Of a DNA stretch of 64,000 bases, positions 49,239 to 62,422 are shown one piece after another. Origin of the DNA: Lama guanicoe (Eukaryota). Location of the stretch: the NCBI GenBank assembly GCA_013239625.1, contig MU053881.1, positions 496,001 through 560,000 on the forward strand. Direction: 5' to 3'. How positions within the stretch are numbered: the stretch's first letter is position 1; each line of letters starts with the position of its first letter. The notes beneath the pieces are model-generated. The model was not told where the DNA came from, searched no databases, and was given only the letters and a program-made list of their open reading frames with translations. The position numbers and the translations under genes were made by a program.

Positions 49239-49726
49239 GTGAGCCCTAGGCCTGCGTCGGCTCTGCCCTGACTTGCAGGGCACCTGGCGAGGTCCCCAGC
49301 CCGCGCAGCCCCCTGGGGTTTGGTGATGGGCACACAGAGGGCACATGCCGGGTCAACACCTCCCCAGGCACCCATCCTGTACCAAGCCCCACCAGGAGTG
49401 GGGTGCACTGGATGCCCCCTCAGGGGTCAGCTTGCCTGGTGGGAAGATGGGGGGCTTTGGACTGCCAGCAGAGTTCACAGTAGGACATAAGGGCACTGCA
49501 GGAAGCGCCCGCCTCCCCGGTCAGAGCCCAGTGGCCTCCTGCAGGTGAGTGTCCCTTAGTCCTGCCTTCCTGGGCCTTGCAGTTGGGCTTTGGCAAAGCC
49601 CTGTTTTGACTGAGCTTCGAGGTCTCTGACCCCAGCCCCACCATGTCGCTCTCGGAGGCCCCATCGCTGTTCCTCTCCTGACACCTGCCGTGACTCTGAT
49701 TCAGGCTCCAGCAGAGTCATGGAAGT

Positions 49727-49903
49727 CAGCTCTCACCTGTGAGGGGTGGGGGCCACTGTCCCCTGTCAGGAGTAGGGGTCCATTCTCACTCACCAGGGGT
49801 GGGGGCCGCTGTCCCCTGTCAGAGTAGGGGTCAGTTCTCACCTGTCAGGTAGAATGAGCTTTCTCCCGTCAGGTGTGGGGGGCAGCTCTCACTTGTCAGG
49901 TGT
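49727..49903. repeat. Degenerate minisatellite, ~23-24 bp unit with dimeric higher-order structure
   Basis: Repeated units like (c/t)tctcacctgtcaggggtggggg / ctgtcccctgtcaggagtagggg; about 7-8 copies. Confidence 0.8.
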
Positions 49904-51708
49904 TTTTCTTCAGGTTTCTTGGGCTTCTGTGGTGGCTCTAGTAAACAAGGCCATTCGTCCTGTGCTGCAGTAGAGGGTGGACAGTGAGGAAGAGCCTCCC
50001 TCGACCCCAGGCAGAATGCACTGAACCTGCAGTCAGGGTAGATCCCGGGCTTCCTTCCGCTTAACAGCCAAGCGGGGCAAACTGGCTGAAGCGCAGTGAG
50101 GTTCTTAAGTTATAACCCAAATCACAGTGTTTTCATTTTAGTTAAAACCCAGAGCAGTGAGATCTCCCTGGCGTTCGTACAAAACCCTCAAGCTGGAGGT
50201 GCGGCTGTGAACAGGTGTGGGGTAGTATGCTGCCTCAGTTTCCCCAAGGGACATCAGAGGCAAAGGGCTTAAAACAGCCCCAGCTCCAGGCTGAGGGGCT
50301 CAGAGGTGGCCCCTGACCCCACGCTGTCTTTCGGCGCTGGGCTTAACCAGGCCCTGAGGCCTGGGGCGGCTGTGGGGTCATCTTGGGCCCAGCCCCGTTC
50401 TTCATGTTGAGTCCTGACATGTCTGACAGCAGAGAACTCTGGCTGAGCCGGGAGGCAGGACCACCTTGCGCCCTTGGGATGGGGCTCTGCAGCTGGTCAG
50501 GGTGGAGGCCCCTGCCCAGCACTGACCGGCCCTCAGTGTCCCAGCTGGGGGGCTTCACAGGGGCTCCTCGCACAGAGCCAGCCACGCTCGGGTGTCCACT
50601 GGGCTCTTGAATTTGCACTCCCAAACATTCTCTCTTCATCCTCACCTCCAGGAGCCACATCCCCTCCATTCACCTGCTCTGGTGAAAAGCGGGAGCCGTT
50701 CTTGATTGTGACCTGGCCGCATTCGCACGTCCTGACCGCGGCACATCCTGCCCACCCCACTCTCAGAGCACGCCCCTTCCTCTCCGCAGCCGCCACCTGG
50801 GACACTGCTGTCTGCTTGGGCTGGGTCCACACCGAAGGCTTTAGGGCCCTTCCTCCCCCAGCAGCCAGCATGATTTAAAGTTCTGCCCGCCCTGTGTAGT
50901 CTTACCAGCGCCTTCTGTGGTTAGAGGAGTCCCCAGCTGCCTGCCGTGACCTGGGAGACCTTCCACCCCCACTCAGAGCTCAGCCTGCACACATGCACGT
51001 GCACACGTGTGTGCCCACACTCACATACAAAAATACACACCCCACCCACCCGTGCCCACCTGCCCCAGGTTCTCCAGCCTTTCCTTGTCCATCAGGCCAG
51101 TCTGGCCCCTCCTCAGGGTGGTTGCCGGCCTTCGCCCCAGCTCTTCATCTGGCTGTACCAGGTCTCAGTTCACTTGCTGCCTCCCCAGAGGTACCTTCAG
51201 CAAGAAACAGCCCAGGGGCCTCACAGCTCGCCCTGTGGCTCTCACCACCCCAGGGGACCACATCCACTAGCCTGTATGTCCACTCTCTCCCCCCAGCTCA
51301 GGCTGCAGGCTCTGCAGAGGCGCCCCGTGGAAGCCCTGCCCTGAAAGCGGGGCTGCTCACTGTGCTCTGGGGTGGGGGCATCCGCTGGCCATCTCGGGGA
51401 AGTGGAGCAGGGCCAGCAGTGGGCTCCAGCTTTGCCTTCTGCATCCATCCTCATGATGGTCCTGCAGGGCCAGCGTGCTCACGCCCGTCAACAGGTGAAA
51501 ACACGCGGCTCAGACATACACCTAACCCACATAGCAGCGAGTGGCAGAGCCAGAGTGTGAACTGGCCAGGCCCAGAGAGCCCCTCGTCCGGTACCCACGC
51601 CACGCGCGGGAGAGGATGACCTGAGCCCGCCATGCGCTCACCTTCATAAAACCATCCGGCTTTACATCCCAAGACGCAGACCCACAAATGGTGTTTTTGC
51701 TTTCTCAG

Positions 51709-51921
51709 GTTACCATTGTTGAAAAAGCTGACAGCTCCAGTGTCCTGCCCAGCCCTCTGTCCATCAGCACCAAGAGCAAAATGACCTTCCTGTTCGCCAA
51801 CCTGAAAGACCGCGACTTCTTGGTTCAGAGGATCTCTGACTTCCTCCAGAAAACGCCGTCCAAGCAGCTGGGCAGCAGCAGAGCTGGGAGAAAAGCCAGC
51901 GCCGTGGACCCGGCCCTAGAG
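51709..51921 (+). CDS. TBC1D9B: TBC1D9B coding exon 7
   Basis: tttctcag|GTT ACC...CTA GAG|gtgaga; VTIVEKADSSSVLPSPLSISTKSKMTFLFANLKDRDFLVQRISDFLQKTP...; 213 nt. Confidence 0.95.
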
Positions 51922-52289
51922 GTGAGAGGGCCCCTCGGAGCAGTGCGGTGGGGGCAGGGCCCGAAGAGTCCGGGCGGCCCTGTGGTGCCTGCCGGGGGCC
52001 TTAGGTGGGGAGGGCCGGGAAACCTAACCCAGCCTCAGCCTCAGGTGTCCCGGCCACGCTGCGGTGCCCAGGTCACAGCCTCTCCGCCCAACTGCCCTGC
52101 AGTCCTCCTGAGCATCCCCCACCTGCATCAAGTCCCGTTCCACGTAAGAGGCCGTCGCTGGCTGGACCAGCCACCTGCGTCTCTGTCCCTTCTGAACTGC
52201 TGCTGCGCCGATAGCCGCCCGGTTTAGACCTGTCCAGCTTGGGTTTATCTGCCTGGCCCTTGTCTCATCCGTGTCTCTTACAGAGAAAG

Positions 52290-53290
52290 TCTCCCTTTTG
52301 AACACTTAACTGCAATCTCTTTACTACACCAACAATGTTAACAGTAATTCTTTAACATCAATTACTTGTATTTATGTTTCCCCAAATGCGGGGGGTACCT
52401 TTTACAGTTTAGTCGTTTGAATTGAGGCACACATAGGTCATATACACATTACAATCGGTTGATAGAATTCCTTCATCTGTAGGTTTCTGTCCCATCTCTC
52501 ACTCTTTTCTTTCTTTGTTCTTGCATTATCTTGTTGAAAGAGTTGGGCCGTTTGTGCTGTAGAGTTTCTCACAGTCTGGTATACGCTGATTGCATCCCCT
52601 GGAGGCATTTAATGGATTCTTTTGTCCCCTATTTCCTCCAAGTTGGTGCTTGAGTAGTGAAATCCGGATCAGATCCGGGCTCAGTTGTTTGAGCTTTGCG
52701 GGGACAGGTCCACTTGTACGTGGGACTGAGGTGCTGTGTGCTTCCAGGAGGCACACAGCGCCTGGTCACCTTGTTACGTGCTGCTGCCGGTCATTGACAG
52801 GCACTGCCTGGGTGATGCGTTAGGTAGTTCACCAGGGACTGCAGGATGTGGCTCTGTGATTCTCCCAGTCCTTCTGTTCACGACATGGACTACGTCCGTA
52901 CAGAGGAACTGACCCCATCGACTGTGTGGTTACCCTGAGGCACAGTTCAAATAGAAAAGGCAGAATTAAGTCTTTTACTCTTTCCTTTTATTCACCGGTT
53001 GTTAAAATGGTGAGTGGGTTTTCTAGTATCCTCCAAATGTGACCAATTTGGTTTTTATGTTTATTTTTTGGTAAAATTAGGAACTTACAGACTTAAACAA
53101 CCTTAGTCCGTGAGTTACTATTCTCATTCCGTCTGTGACCAGAAGGGACTTATTCAGGGTGGCATCTGAGTCCTTTTAACACGACCCTGGCTGTTTGATC
53201 ACTCCCTTGCTACTTGGTAGGACAAGACGTGCGCTATTATCAGTCCGGACTTGTGAAAACACTTCATGACTAGGAGAGTCCGTATAAAAA
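52290..53290 (-). mobile_element. L1MC-type 3' UTR
   Basis: ttaacagtaattctttaacatca...ttgttgaaagagttgggcc...tgtagagtttctcacagtctgg...cttccaggaggcacac...ggttaccctgaggcacagttca. Confidence 0.7.
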
Positions 53291-54255
53291 TCCGCACATC
53301 TGGCTGCTCTAGGAGAGTCAGCAGCCCTGGCATTGTAAGGCCCACATTCGCCCTGGGTGGCGCTGGAGCCAAGTGCTGGCATGTACCCTCCAGCTCCCCA
53401 GAACCCAACCTTTAAATGTAAGGGCCCACGAAAGCCTTAAAATTGTCCACCCCTGTAATCGACACTCAGTAAACTATTAAGTAAACAAGGAATGGACGGG
53501 AAGGGAGTGGGCAGAATCAGTGAGCATTGGAGACATTAAGAAAGGTTTCCTGGAGGAGGTGGGGCTGAATCTGGGATTTCAAGAAAGAGTGAGGTTGGAT
53601 TGGGTGAAAAGGGACATGAGCAGGAACATTGAGGCCCAACACCATGAATGACAGGGCCTGACCAGCCAGAGTCAGCGCAGACCCTGGCCCCTTCTGAGAA
53701 CCTGCCATTCATTCATCTAGCACACTTTTCATCACATTCCCGATAGGTGACAGGTACTTTTCTAGGCACTAGGAATTTAGAGCACATTGGACAAAATGCA
53801 TGCTGTCTTAGTGCTTATGTTCTAGTGAGACAGACTATAAGCAAACAAACATCCAAGATGTCAGGTGGCAGCAAGGGCCACGGGTAAAAATAAAGCAGAA
53901 TGAAGGGACCAGGAGTGCCAGGGGTGGGGGAGCTCTGACCAAGTGGTCTTTGAGCAGGAACTTGAAAGAAGTAAGAGAACAAGCCATGAGGTATCTGGGG
54001 AAAGGGGGTTCGGGGCAGAGCGAATGGCAGGTGCCAAGGCCGGGAGGCAGGCCTGAGCCTGGCACAGGCTGCTGAGATGAGAGATTAGAGGGAGCGGGAA
54101 GCGGGATCATGCGAAGCCGCAGCCCTTGTAAGCACGTTAGCTTCGACTCTGAGTGAGGTGGGAGCCGGTGCAGAGTTTTGACTGGAGGAGGAACACAATC
54201 TGTTTCCGTTTTAATAGAATTACTCTGGGCAGCAGGTTGAGAATGGAATAGAGGG

Positions 54256-54567
54256 GCAGCTGTCCAATACAGGAGCCACACGTGGCTGTCGAGCGCTCGA
54301 AAGGCAGCCAGTCCACACTGCAATGTGCTGTAAGCGTAAACTGCACCCCAGAGGCGGAAGAATCAGTGTGAAAAAGAGAATATGAAACATCTTGATAATT
54401 TCTCTATTGGTTGATTTCATGTTGAAATGATCATTCTTTTTTACTGTATTAAATAAATATATTATTAAATTTAACCTCACAATTTCCTTTATGTGTTTTA
54501 ATGTGGCGACTAGAAAATCTTTGATTACACATGTGGCTCTCATTGCATTTCTGTAGAACAGAGCTGG
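54256..54567. mobile_element. MER33-like hAT-Charlie element nested in L2
   Basis: gctgtccaatac...gccacacgtggct...aatgtggcgactagaaaat...acatgtggctctcattgcatttctgtagaacagagctg. Confidence 0.75.
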
Positions 54568-54699
54568 ACTAGAGAGTGACAAGAATAGAAGCAGAGATGA
54601 TTGGAAGGCTGTCACAATGACCAGGGTGCGGATGGTAGGACCTTGGTCGAGGGTGGTGGCAGTGGAGTTGGTGAGAAGTGGTCAGATTCGAGATACATG

Positions 54700-56490
54700 T
54701 ATTTATTTTTTTATTGTGGTAAAATACATATAACATAAAATTTAACATCATAACCATTTTTAAGTGTATAGTTCAGTGGTATCAAGTGTATTCACACTGG
54801 TTGTCCAGCCATCACCACCAGAGCTTTTTTCATCTTGGAAAACTGAAACTCTGTACTCATTAAATACTAACTCCCCATTCCCCACCCCCTAATCCCCACC
54901 CGCAGCCCCTGGTAGCCACCGTTCTGTTTTCCGCCTCCGTGAGCTTGACTACTCTCAGCACCTCAATGGAAGAGGAGTCATGCGGTATTTATCCTTTTGC
55001 GCCTGGCTTCTTTCACTCAGCATAGTGTCCTCAGGGCTCATCTGCATGTAGAATATGTCAGAATTCCTTCCTTTTTAAGGCTGAATAGTGTTCCATTGTG
55101 TGTACGTGTATATGTACACACCACATTTTGTTTAGCCATTCGTCTTTTGATAGATACTTGGGCTGCTGTCACCTTTTGGCTGTTGTGAATAATGCCGCTA
55201 TAAACGTGGGTGTACAAATATCTCTTCAAGACCCTGCTTTCACTTATTTTGGGGATATACCCAGCCATGGTATTGCTGGGCCAAAGGGTAGATCAGTGTC
55301 TGATATTTGCTGAATGGTCTTCCACAATGGTCACGTTCCCACCGGCAATGCAGAAGGGTCCCTTTCTCGCCATCCACACCAGCACTGCTGCTGTGGTTTT
55401 TCATAATGACGTTCTGGTGGATATGAAATGGTGCCTCATTGTGGTTTTGTTTGCATTTCCCCAGTGATTAGTGGCATCGAGGGTCCTTTCATGTCCTGTT
55501 GGCCTTTTGTATATATTCTTTGGAGAAATGTTTGTTCAGGTCCTTTGTCTATTTTTTTAATCAGGTTGTTTTTGCTGTCGGGTTGGAGAAGTTCTGGATA
55601 TTAACCTCTTATCAGATACATGGTTTGTAAGTGTTTTCTCCCACTCCGTGGATTGCCTTCTCACTCTGATGACTGTGTCCTTTGAAGCACATAAGTTTTT
55701 GATTTTTACGTAGTCCAGTTTGTTTTTCTTTCATGGCGCTTTTGATGTCGTATCCAAGAAATAATTGCCAATCCAACGTCATAGCTTTTCCTCTTTGTTT
55801 TGTTCTAAGAGTTTTACAGCTTTAACTGTTACATTTAGGTCTTGACTCCATTGTGAGTTAATTTTGTACATGGTATGAGACAGGCGTCCAGCCTCATCAT
55901 TTTACAAATGGATACTGAGCTTTTCCAACACCAATTGTTATAAAAACTGTTTGTTTCCCACTGGATGGTCTTGGAATCCTTGTCAGAAACTGGTTGAACA
56001 CATACTCAGGGGTCTGTGCCGGGCTCTCTTCCTGTCCCGCTGGCCTGCATGCCCATGCCAGCGCTGCGCTGCCTCAGCACTGTGGCGTTACAGTGAGTAC
56101 ATTTTTTAATTGGGTAATTCGAGAACCCCGACTTTATTCTATTTCCAGGATTGTTTTGGCTGTTTGGGGTCCCTTGAGATTCCATGTGGATCTTAGGTAG
56201 ATTTTTGTATTTCTGCAGAAGTCAGTTGATAGTAATGGCACTGAATCTGCAGATCACTTTAGGTAATACTGACATCTTAACAATACTAAGTTTTCCAGTC
56301 CATGAACACGAGATGGACTTCTTTCCATTTATTTGCACCTTTAATTTCTTGCACCGGCGTTTTCTAGTTTCCAGCTTACGAGTCTTTCACCTGCTTAGTT
56401 AAGTTTAGCCTCAAGCATTTTATTCTATTCGATCTTGTAAATAAAATCATTCTCTTAATTTGCTTTTGGGATTGTTCATTGTTAGTGTGC
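54700..56490 (-). mobile_element. L1MA/MB-type 3' end and ORF2 fragment nested in L2
   Basis: ttttattgtggtaaaatacatataacataaaatttaac...ttttaagtgtatagttcagtgg...ttctttggagaaatg...gggtcccttgagattccatgtg. Confidence 0.9.
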
Positions 56491-57599
56491 AGGAGAGAGT
56501 CTGAAGGTAGATCTGAGGGAACTGATGGATTAGATGGAGGGTATGGGAGAAAGAGAGGGGTTTACAAAAACCCGTCGTTTTTGGCCTGAGGAACTTAGAA
56601 AATAGAACTGCCATTTAATGACACGAGGAAGAGCAGGTTTTGAAAGAGAAAGAGTTGGAAAGAATTCAGTTTGGATTTGAGGTCACATATCATAAAAAGT
56701 AAGACCTGACCGCTGGAGATGGCAGGTGGAGGCCACGGCGGCCTCGACAAGGGCTACTCAGCGGAAGGGCAGGAAGCAAAGCCTGGTGGAGAGGCCCTCA
56801 GCTGGGACAGGGTGGTGGTTGTTAGGGTAGCTTTTCAAATCTCACCGAATTTTGCCATAAAAATGCACAGAGCAACTTTAGGAGTAGAAGTTAGAAGCCC
56901 ACAGACAGCACCTCCGGCTAAGCCAGATGAGAGGGTACCCCCAACCCCAGGCCACAGACAGGTGGGACCAGGCCACCAGCTGCAGCCCCGCACTGCAGGT
57001 CCAGCGCCCGCAGCCGCGCCCAGGTCGGGGGGGGGGGGAGTTCTGACAGTCCTAAGAGCCAGAGTACCCAGAAATCACCAGAACTACCCTGACACGTACG
57101 CTGTCCTCAAAAGAGACTTCTCACTGAACAGAGACCTCAGCACGTGACTGAGAAACCACCGGTGAAACTGGGAGCGCATTTCTCAGAATCCAGTTTATAA
57201 ATGAGTTAACAACACAAAACATGGGAGTCCCCTGACGGCCCGAGGGAAGATCAGAGGACGCTGGGGCAGACCTGAAACACCCAAGGGAAACTCCCTTCCA
57301 GGGGAAAGAGCCCTCCCTGAGAAAAAAAGAGCTGGGACTGAGCAGGGCGGGAACCTTGGGGGGTGAAGAGGCGAAGCTTCTGACACTGGAGGAGGCGGAT
57401 CAGGAAGTCCTGGAAGGGACTCCACAGGGAGATGCAGCAGCAGACAGACCCCCCCCAAACTGCAGTGCAGACAGCCGCCCCGTACATACAGCATCCTCCT
57501 GAACGTACAGAAGTCACGTCATGCAGACACGAGCAGCAGGAGGTTCTGATCACACCCTACACAAAGAGGAAAACGGGCCAGAAAACCCTCCACAGGCAG

Positions 57600-59100
57600 A
57601 CAGTGCCCCAGGATGGCGTCCCCCCAAAGCAGATGAAAACTGTACCCTAATATACCAAATGATCTAAAAAAAAATTAGAACAGTGATAGAAACTACTAAA
57701 GAACGATGTAAATACAAAATTCCTAGAAAGCTCAGGAGCAAAGTGACTAGTCAACAGAAAAACATGTGAAAAGAGAGTTGACAGAAGCCAGGAAAGAACT
57801 AGAAAAAAATGCAGAAATATTTCAGAAACAAATACCATGCAAGCAAGAGCACAAGAGTGAGCAGACCCCACAGAAAGTCCATTAAGGGAAACAAGGAGAA
57901 GATTTGGGGTGGGAGTGGTGGGCAAGAGGGGAGTCCAATAAGAGAGAGATGAAAAATAGTCAAGAAGTGATGAGGAAGCCAGGTGGAGAAGGCCCAGCTT
58001 GTGCGTAACGTAGGTCCCCAAGAAAGAGGAACACAGCCGTGGGGTAACAACGGATAGCAACCACAATTTGAGAAGAGTGTTCTGAACATAAAAGAAGACG
58101 TGCGCCTGCCAGGTGGAAGGGCATGTTGGGCGCCTGGGATAATCAGCACAGAGTGTTAGCTACTGAGACATGATCTAGTAAAAATGATTGGACTTTAAAG
58201 ATTAAAAAAAATTCTTTGGGGCAGCCAGTCAAAAAAAGGCCCAAGTCATTTATAAAGGAATGACATTCAGAGAGGCATCAGACTCTCTGATGGCAACGTT
58301 TGGTACAAACAGAGTAACATTTTTAAGATATATGGTAAAGAAGCTGTGACCCCAGGATTTTCTGTCTGGCAAACTGACGTTCCGGTGTGAGGGCCTCAGG
58401 CCATGAGGAGCGTGCAGGGACTCAGGGGAGCTGCCAGCTTTCTCAGACAACCACGGAGGGACTGGAGAGGCTCTACCAGGTCTGGGGGAGCACTGAGTGT
58501 ATTTAACCGTGGAAACAAGGTGACAGCAGGGTTACGGGTGACAAGTCATGTGTAACTGTGCATGCTCTGAGCAGGGGGAGGGAGCACGGTGACAACCTGA
58601 GACGAGACGGTACGGAAGGTGCGACAGGCCTGCTGACCGCCCTGTTAGCTGAGGGCAAAGGGTACCCCTTTAAGTTGCATGTTAGCGGGAGAGGGCAGGG
58701 GGTAAGGGCGGGGCTGCTTGTGAACTTCAGTGCCGCCCATGGGAGGGGATCCGGTGTCCAAAAAGAGGGGGCCCAGGGTACTAGATAAAGACATTATATA
58801 AAAGTAACTTAGAACGTCAACATACACTTTCTGACTCTTAACCGAGAAAAAAACGTGAGAAGGGGAAAGGATACACCTGAGTTTAAGCCACTCTTCCAAG
58901 AAATTGTGTAAAAAGGCTCGCAGGGGCCCCTTTGGGGGTGGCTTTGTCATTGGAGTGCGGCGTGTTCACTCTGAAGTGCGTGCGTCCGAGGCGTACGGCT
59001 TAGTGCGCTTCCGCAGGGCGAGCACAGCGTGTGAGCGCCGTCCGCTGCAGAACAGGGCTTGTAGGGGCGACTGCGTGATTCTGTGCTGGTGGCAGTGAAT
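57600..59100 (+). mobile_element. HAL1/L1 ORF1-like remnant
   Basis: A-rich coiled-coil-like stretch then ORF1 C-terminal motifs (ctagtaaaa...ggactttaaagat..., ggcatcagactc..., caaactgacgttc). Confidence 0.55.
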
Positions 59101-59335
59101 CCAGTGGAGGGGGGCAGCTGCCAGAAGAAAGTCCGAGAGGCGAGGGAGGCAGGATTTTGGGCGAGCGTGGAGGGAGGGTTGGGCCCGGCGTGCACGGCCA
59201 CAGATGCGGGAGGGTGAGCCTGTGGGGGTGGCTGTGGACGGCCCTCAGATTGCTCCTGCTTCCGCTTGCTCGGACCTAGACTAGGAAAATGTGGGGTTCC
59301 CAGGCAGCATGGGCCCCGGGAGCTCACCATCGCCC

Positions 59336-59371
59336 CACCTGTCTCACCTGTCTCACCTGTCTCACCTGTCT
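59336..59371. repeat. Perfect tandem repeat (CACCTGTCT)x4
   Basis: Four exact 9-bp copies read directly from the sequence. Confidence 0.95.
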
Positions 59372-61791
59372 GACATGAAGGGCGGTTTATTCCTTGAGGT
59401 CGCATCCTCAAGTCAGCCTCCTTTCCGGCACTGAGGGTTCTGACTGTCCGCCGTGCTGTGCAGCCTCCAAGTCCATCTGTGTCCCTGTCCCTGTGGGGAA
59501 CCTCGGGCCAGAAGCAGCATCTCTGCACCAGAGTTCTGTCTGTCGGCACTGGGGCGGGCCCCTAGATTAGGGCAGTTTGTAATGAAGATGTATTTCAGTC
59601 GATCTGAAATCCATTTTGAAAACCCCAGCCTGGCACAAAGGGGTGGGACTGGATGAGAACTTAGCAGAGTCTCTTTTTGTTCCTGTTGTCTCTTTTTATT
59701 AAAAATGCTTTTACTGAGGTAAAATTGACATACAGTATGTTGTGCCTATGGAAAGAGTACAGTTTGAGGAGTCAACAGGGATTCCCTGTGAAGCCCTCAT
59801 AGCCGGGCTGTGGGAACACAGAGAAGGTGGAGTGCTGGGGGGTGTGCCCAGCACCCCTGCCCTTCCCCGGATAGGACCGCGGCCAGTGGGATCAGAGCTG
59901 ACAGGCACAAGGGCAGAAGCCCTGCTCGGGCTGGAGCACTCAGAGGGGAGCCCCCCGGCTCACGAAGCCGAGAAGTGCACGCAGTCAGCGGCCTGTCTTC
60001 GGAGCTGGCCTCTCTCCACTAGACCTGGCTTGCGTCCAGGAGAGCGTCATCGCCGGGGCATGTGTGGCACCAGGATGGTGGCAGCAGCCCCTGCATCCTC
60101 CTTGAGTCATCCCGACATTCCCTGCAGAGTGGTCAACCCCATCACCCCAGGCCTCAGCAGACCCCACAAAGTGTGAGGCCAAGAGTGGAGAGAGATGTGA
60201 TGTGCCCCCAGATAAAAATGGGGAGCTGCGCAGGCAGAAGGGGAAGTAGATCCCAGGGAGCCGGTGACCAGTGTCCCCCCGAGAGCAGCGCTGTTCCCGC
60301 CCGTGGGCCCTTGGGGAGGGGCTGAGAGCAGAGCAGGGTGGGCGCTGACTCACCTGGCCCCGGGCCAGGGCACAGGCTCCCTGCACAGGCCATTGCCCAG
60401 GGCAGCAAGCTCACCTTGAAGTCAGGTGCCGGCAGGCAGAACACAGTCCACGGGCGGGGGCCAGATATCTGCCGTCACCCACAGTGTTCCTGAAGGGTCA
60501 CAGATGCCAGGCTGGGTGAGGGCTGGGGGCAGGGCTTCCAGAATGCCAGGGGAAGAGCCTGTAGGGCTGAGGCTAGCTGTAAGGCTGTTAGGGCTTCCTT
60601 GTAGACCTTTGCCCCTGAGGCAAGTGCCAGCACCGTTTTGCCCCTAGATGCGCTCCCAGAACCACCCAGCATCCTTGTCTCTTGCCCCGTGGCCCTCTGT
60701 GCCATGGGAAAGCGGCTTCCCAGGCTCCTGCACTGCGGAGGGGCCCGCAGCACACGTGGCCCGTGGGCAGGGCCCCTCCCCACACACCCATCCTAGGTCT
60801 GTGTCTTTCATCTTCGCCTCCCAAAGCCCCGGCAGCCTGCTGGGGGCGTGGCAGACTGTTGAGGAGAAACCTGGTCTAGGGCTGCTCGAGTGGCCGGAGC
60901 AAAGAGGTGGGGTGGCTGAGAGGTGTGTGGTCGCTGTGGACCACACCACGCACCAGGCTCGTGGGCCACAGGGAGGAAGGCGGACATGCGGGGAGGCTTG
61001 AGGGAGGGCCTGGGAGCCCCTTCTTCAAGGGGCCCTTGAGAGCACAATGGACAGGTAGCCTGTGGGGCAGAGGACGGGAGAGAGGACTCCTTCCCTCACT
61101 CAGCAGTCACTGGGGGCACCAGCAGGAGGAGTGGCCTCAGTTAGGACTGTCGATCTGGAAAGGGCGGGGCAGGCTGTCGGCTGGGGACCTGCTGGGTGAG
61201 CAGACCCTGATGTCACCCCAGCCTCTGCTCCGCTTTCTCCACACGGCTCTGCACTTGGGCTCCTGAGGGGGCCCCGCAGCTCCTCCCCAGCAGCCCCAGC
61301 CTGAGCCCATCGCTGGCCAGGCCCGTGGGGCCGCACTACAGCGGCTTGCGGTCTGAGGATGTCCCAAGACTCAGTCAAAGCTGACACCACCAGCAGCTGT
61401 CTCTACAGGGGTTGGCAGGGTCTGCACCCCAGAGACTGGAGCAGAGAAGGTGCCCCAGGGAGCACCCGCCAGCGCTGCCAGTCAAGTCCTTGTAGGGGAC
61501 GGAGTTCAGGAGGGGATGCATGGAGCTGTCTCCTTGGGGTTTCTTCTCTCCTGGCCCTGACCTCACAGAGAGAGGGCCTGACAGGGCAGGCCCCAGACCC
61601 CATCCCTGTGAGAGACCAGCCAGTGTGCTGGCCTTGGTAAAGGAGGGTGGGTGTCCACTGGACAGCGAGGAGATGGGGCTGGGCCGCAGCACGCCACCTC
61701 ACAGGCAGCGGTCCCGCGCTGTGACCGACGAACCCCTCATTCTGGGCAGCTTGCTCACTCGGCGCCTTTTCTCCCGTGTTGTGTTTCCCAG

Positions 61792-61953
61792 TCTCCCCCA
61801 GCTTCTCAGGATGTGTCAGAGCAGCCCGCCAGCCCGACCTCTCCCCTCAGTGGCCACCAGAGCTCCCGTGCACAAGATGCTCCAACCGCTTCCCAGGGCC
61901 TGCTCAAACTCTTCCAGAGAAACACGCCCGTGGAGGACCTGGGAGCCAAGGGG
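61792..61953 (+). CDS. TBC1D9B: TBC1D9B coding exon 8 (Ser/Pro-rich linker)
   Basis: tttcccag|TCT CCC CCA...AAG GGG|gtatgc; SPPASQDVSEQPASPTSPLS...PTASQGLLKLFQRNTPVEDLGAKG; 162 nt, phase 0-0. Confidence 0.92.
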
Positions 61954-62271
61954 GTATGCCCAGCCTTGGGGCTCCACCCCCATGCAGGCCCAGGCCTGGG
62001 GGGGTCGGGGTCAAGGCCAGGCTGCAGCCCTTGGGTGATGATGGGCAGTGTGCAGGGCCTCCCTGCCTGGCCTGTTCAGTAGTGCTGGTCACGGGCTCCA
62101 GCCTCTGCAAGGAGTCCCATGTCCCCCACACCTGAGGGGGGTGGTGTGTGCAGCCCAGCCTGGGCTCACGGGTGTTTTGCCCCAAGCCCTTGGAGGAGAG
62201 GCAGAGGCCCCGACAACCGGTGTCGACACCCCGGGTCACACCCACAGAGCCCCCGTTTGCTGCTCCCCCAG

Positions 62272-62422
62272 GCCAAAGAGAAGATGAAGGAGGAGTCTTG
62301 GAACATCCACTTCTTCGAGTACGGGCGTGGCATGTGCATGTACCGCACGGCCAGGACGCGGGAGCTGGTGCTGAAGGGCATCCCCGAGAGCCTCCGTGGG
62401 GAGCTGTGGCTCCTCTTCTCTG
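62272..62422 (+). CDS. TBC1D9B: TBC1D9B coding exon 9 (start of TBC domain)
   Basis: cccccag|GCC AAA GAG...TTC TCT G|gtgagc; [50 protein letters not shown]; 151 nt. Confidence 0.96.

Larger units (their letters stand above)
53500..56760 (-). mobile_element. L2 LINE split by MER33-like and L1 insertions
   Basis: cattcattcat...aggtacttttctaggcact...; gagttttgactggagg...; ggtgagaagtggtcagattc // tctgaaggtagatctg...ggattagatg continuation after the L1. Confidence 0.7.
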
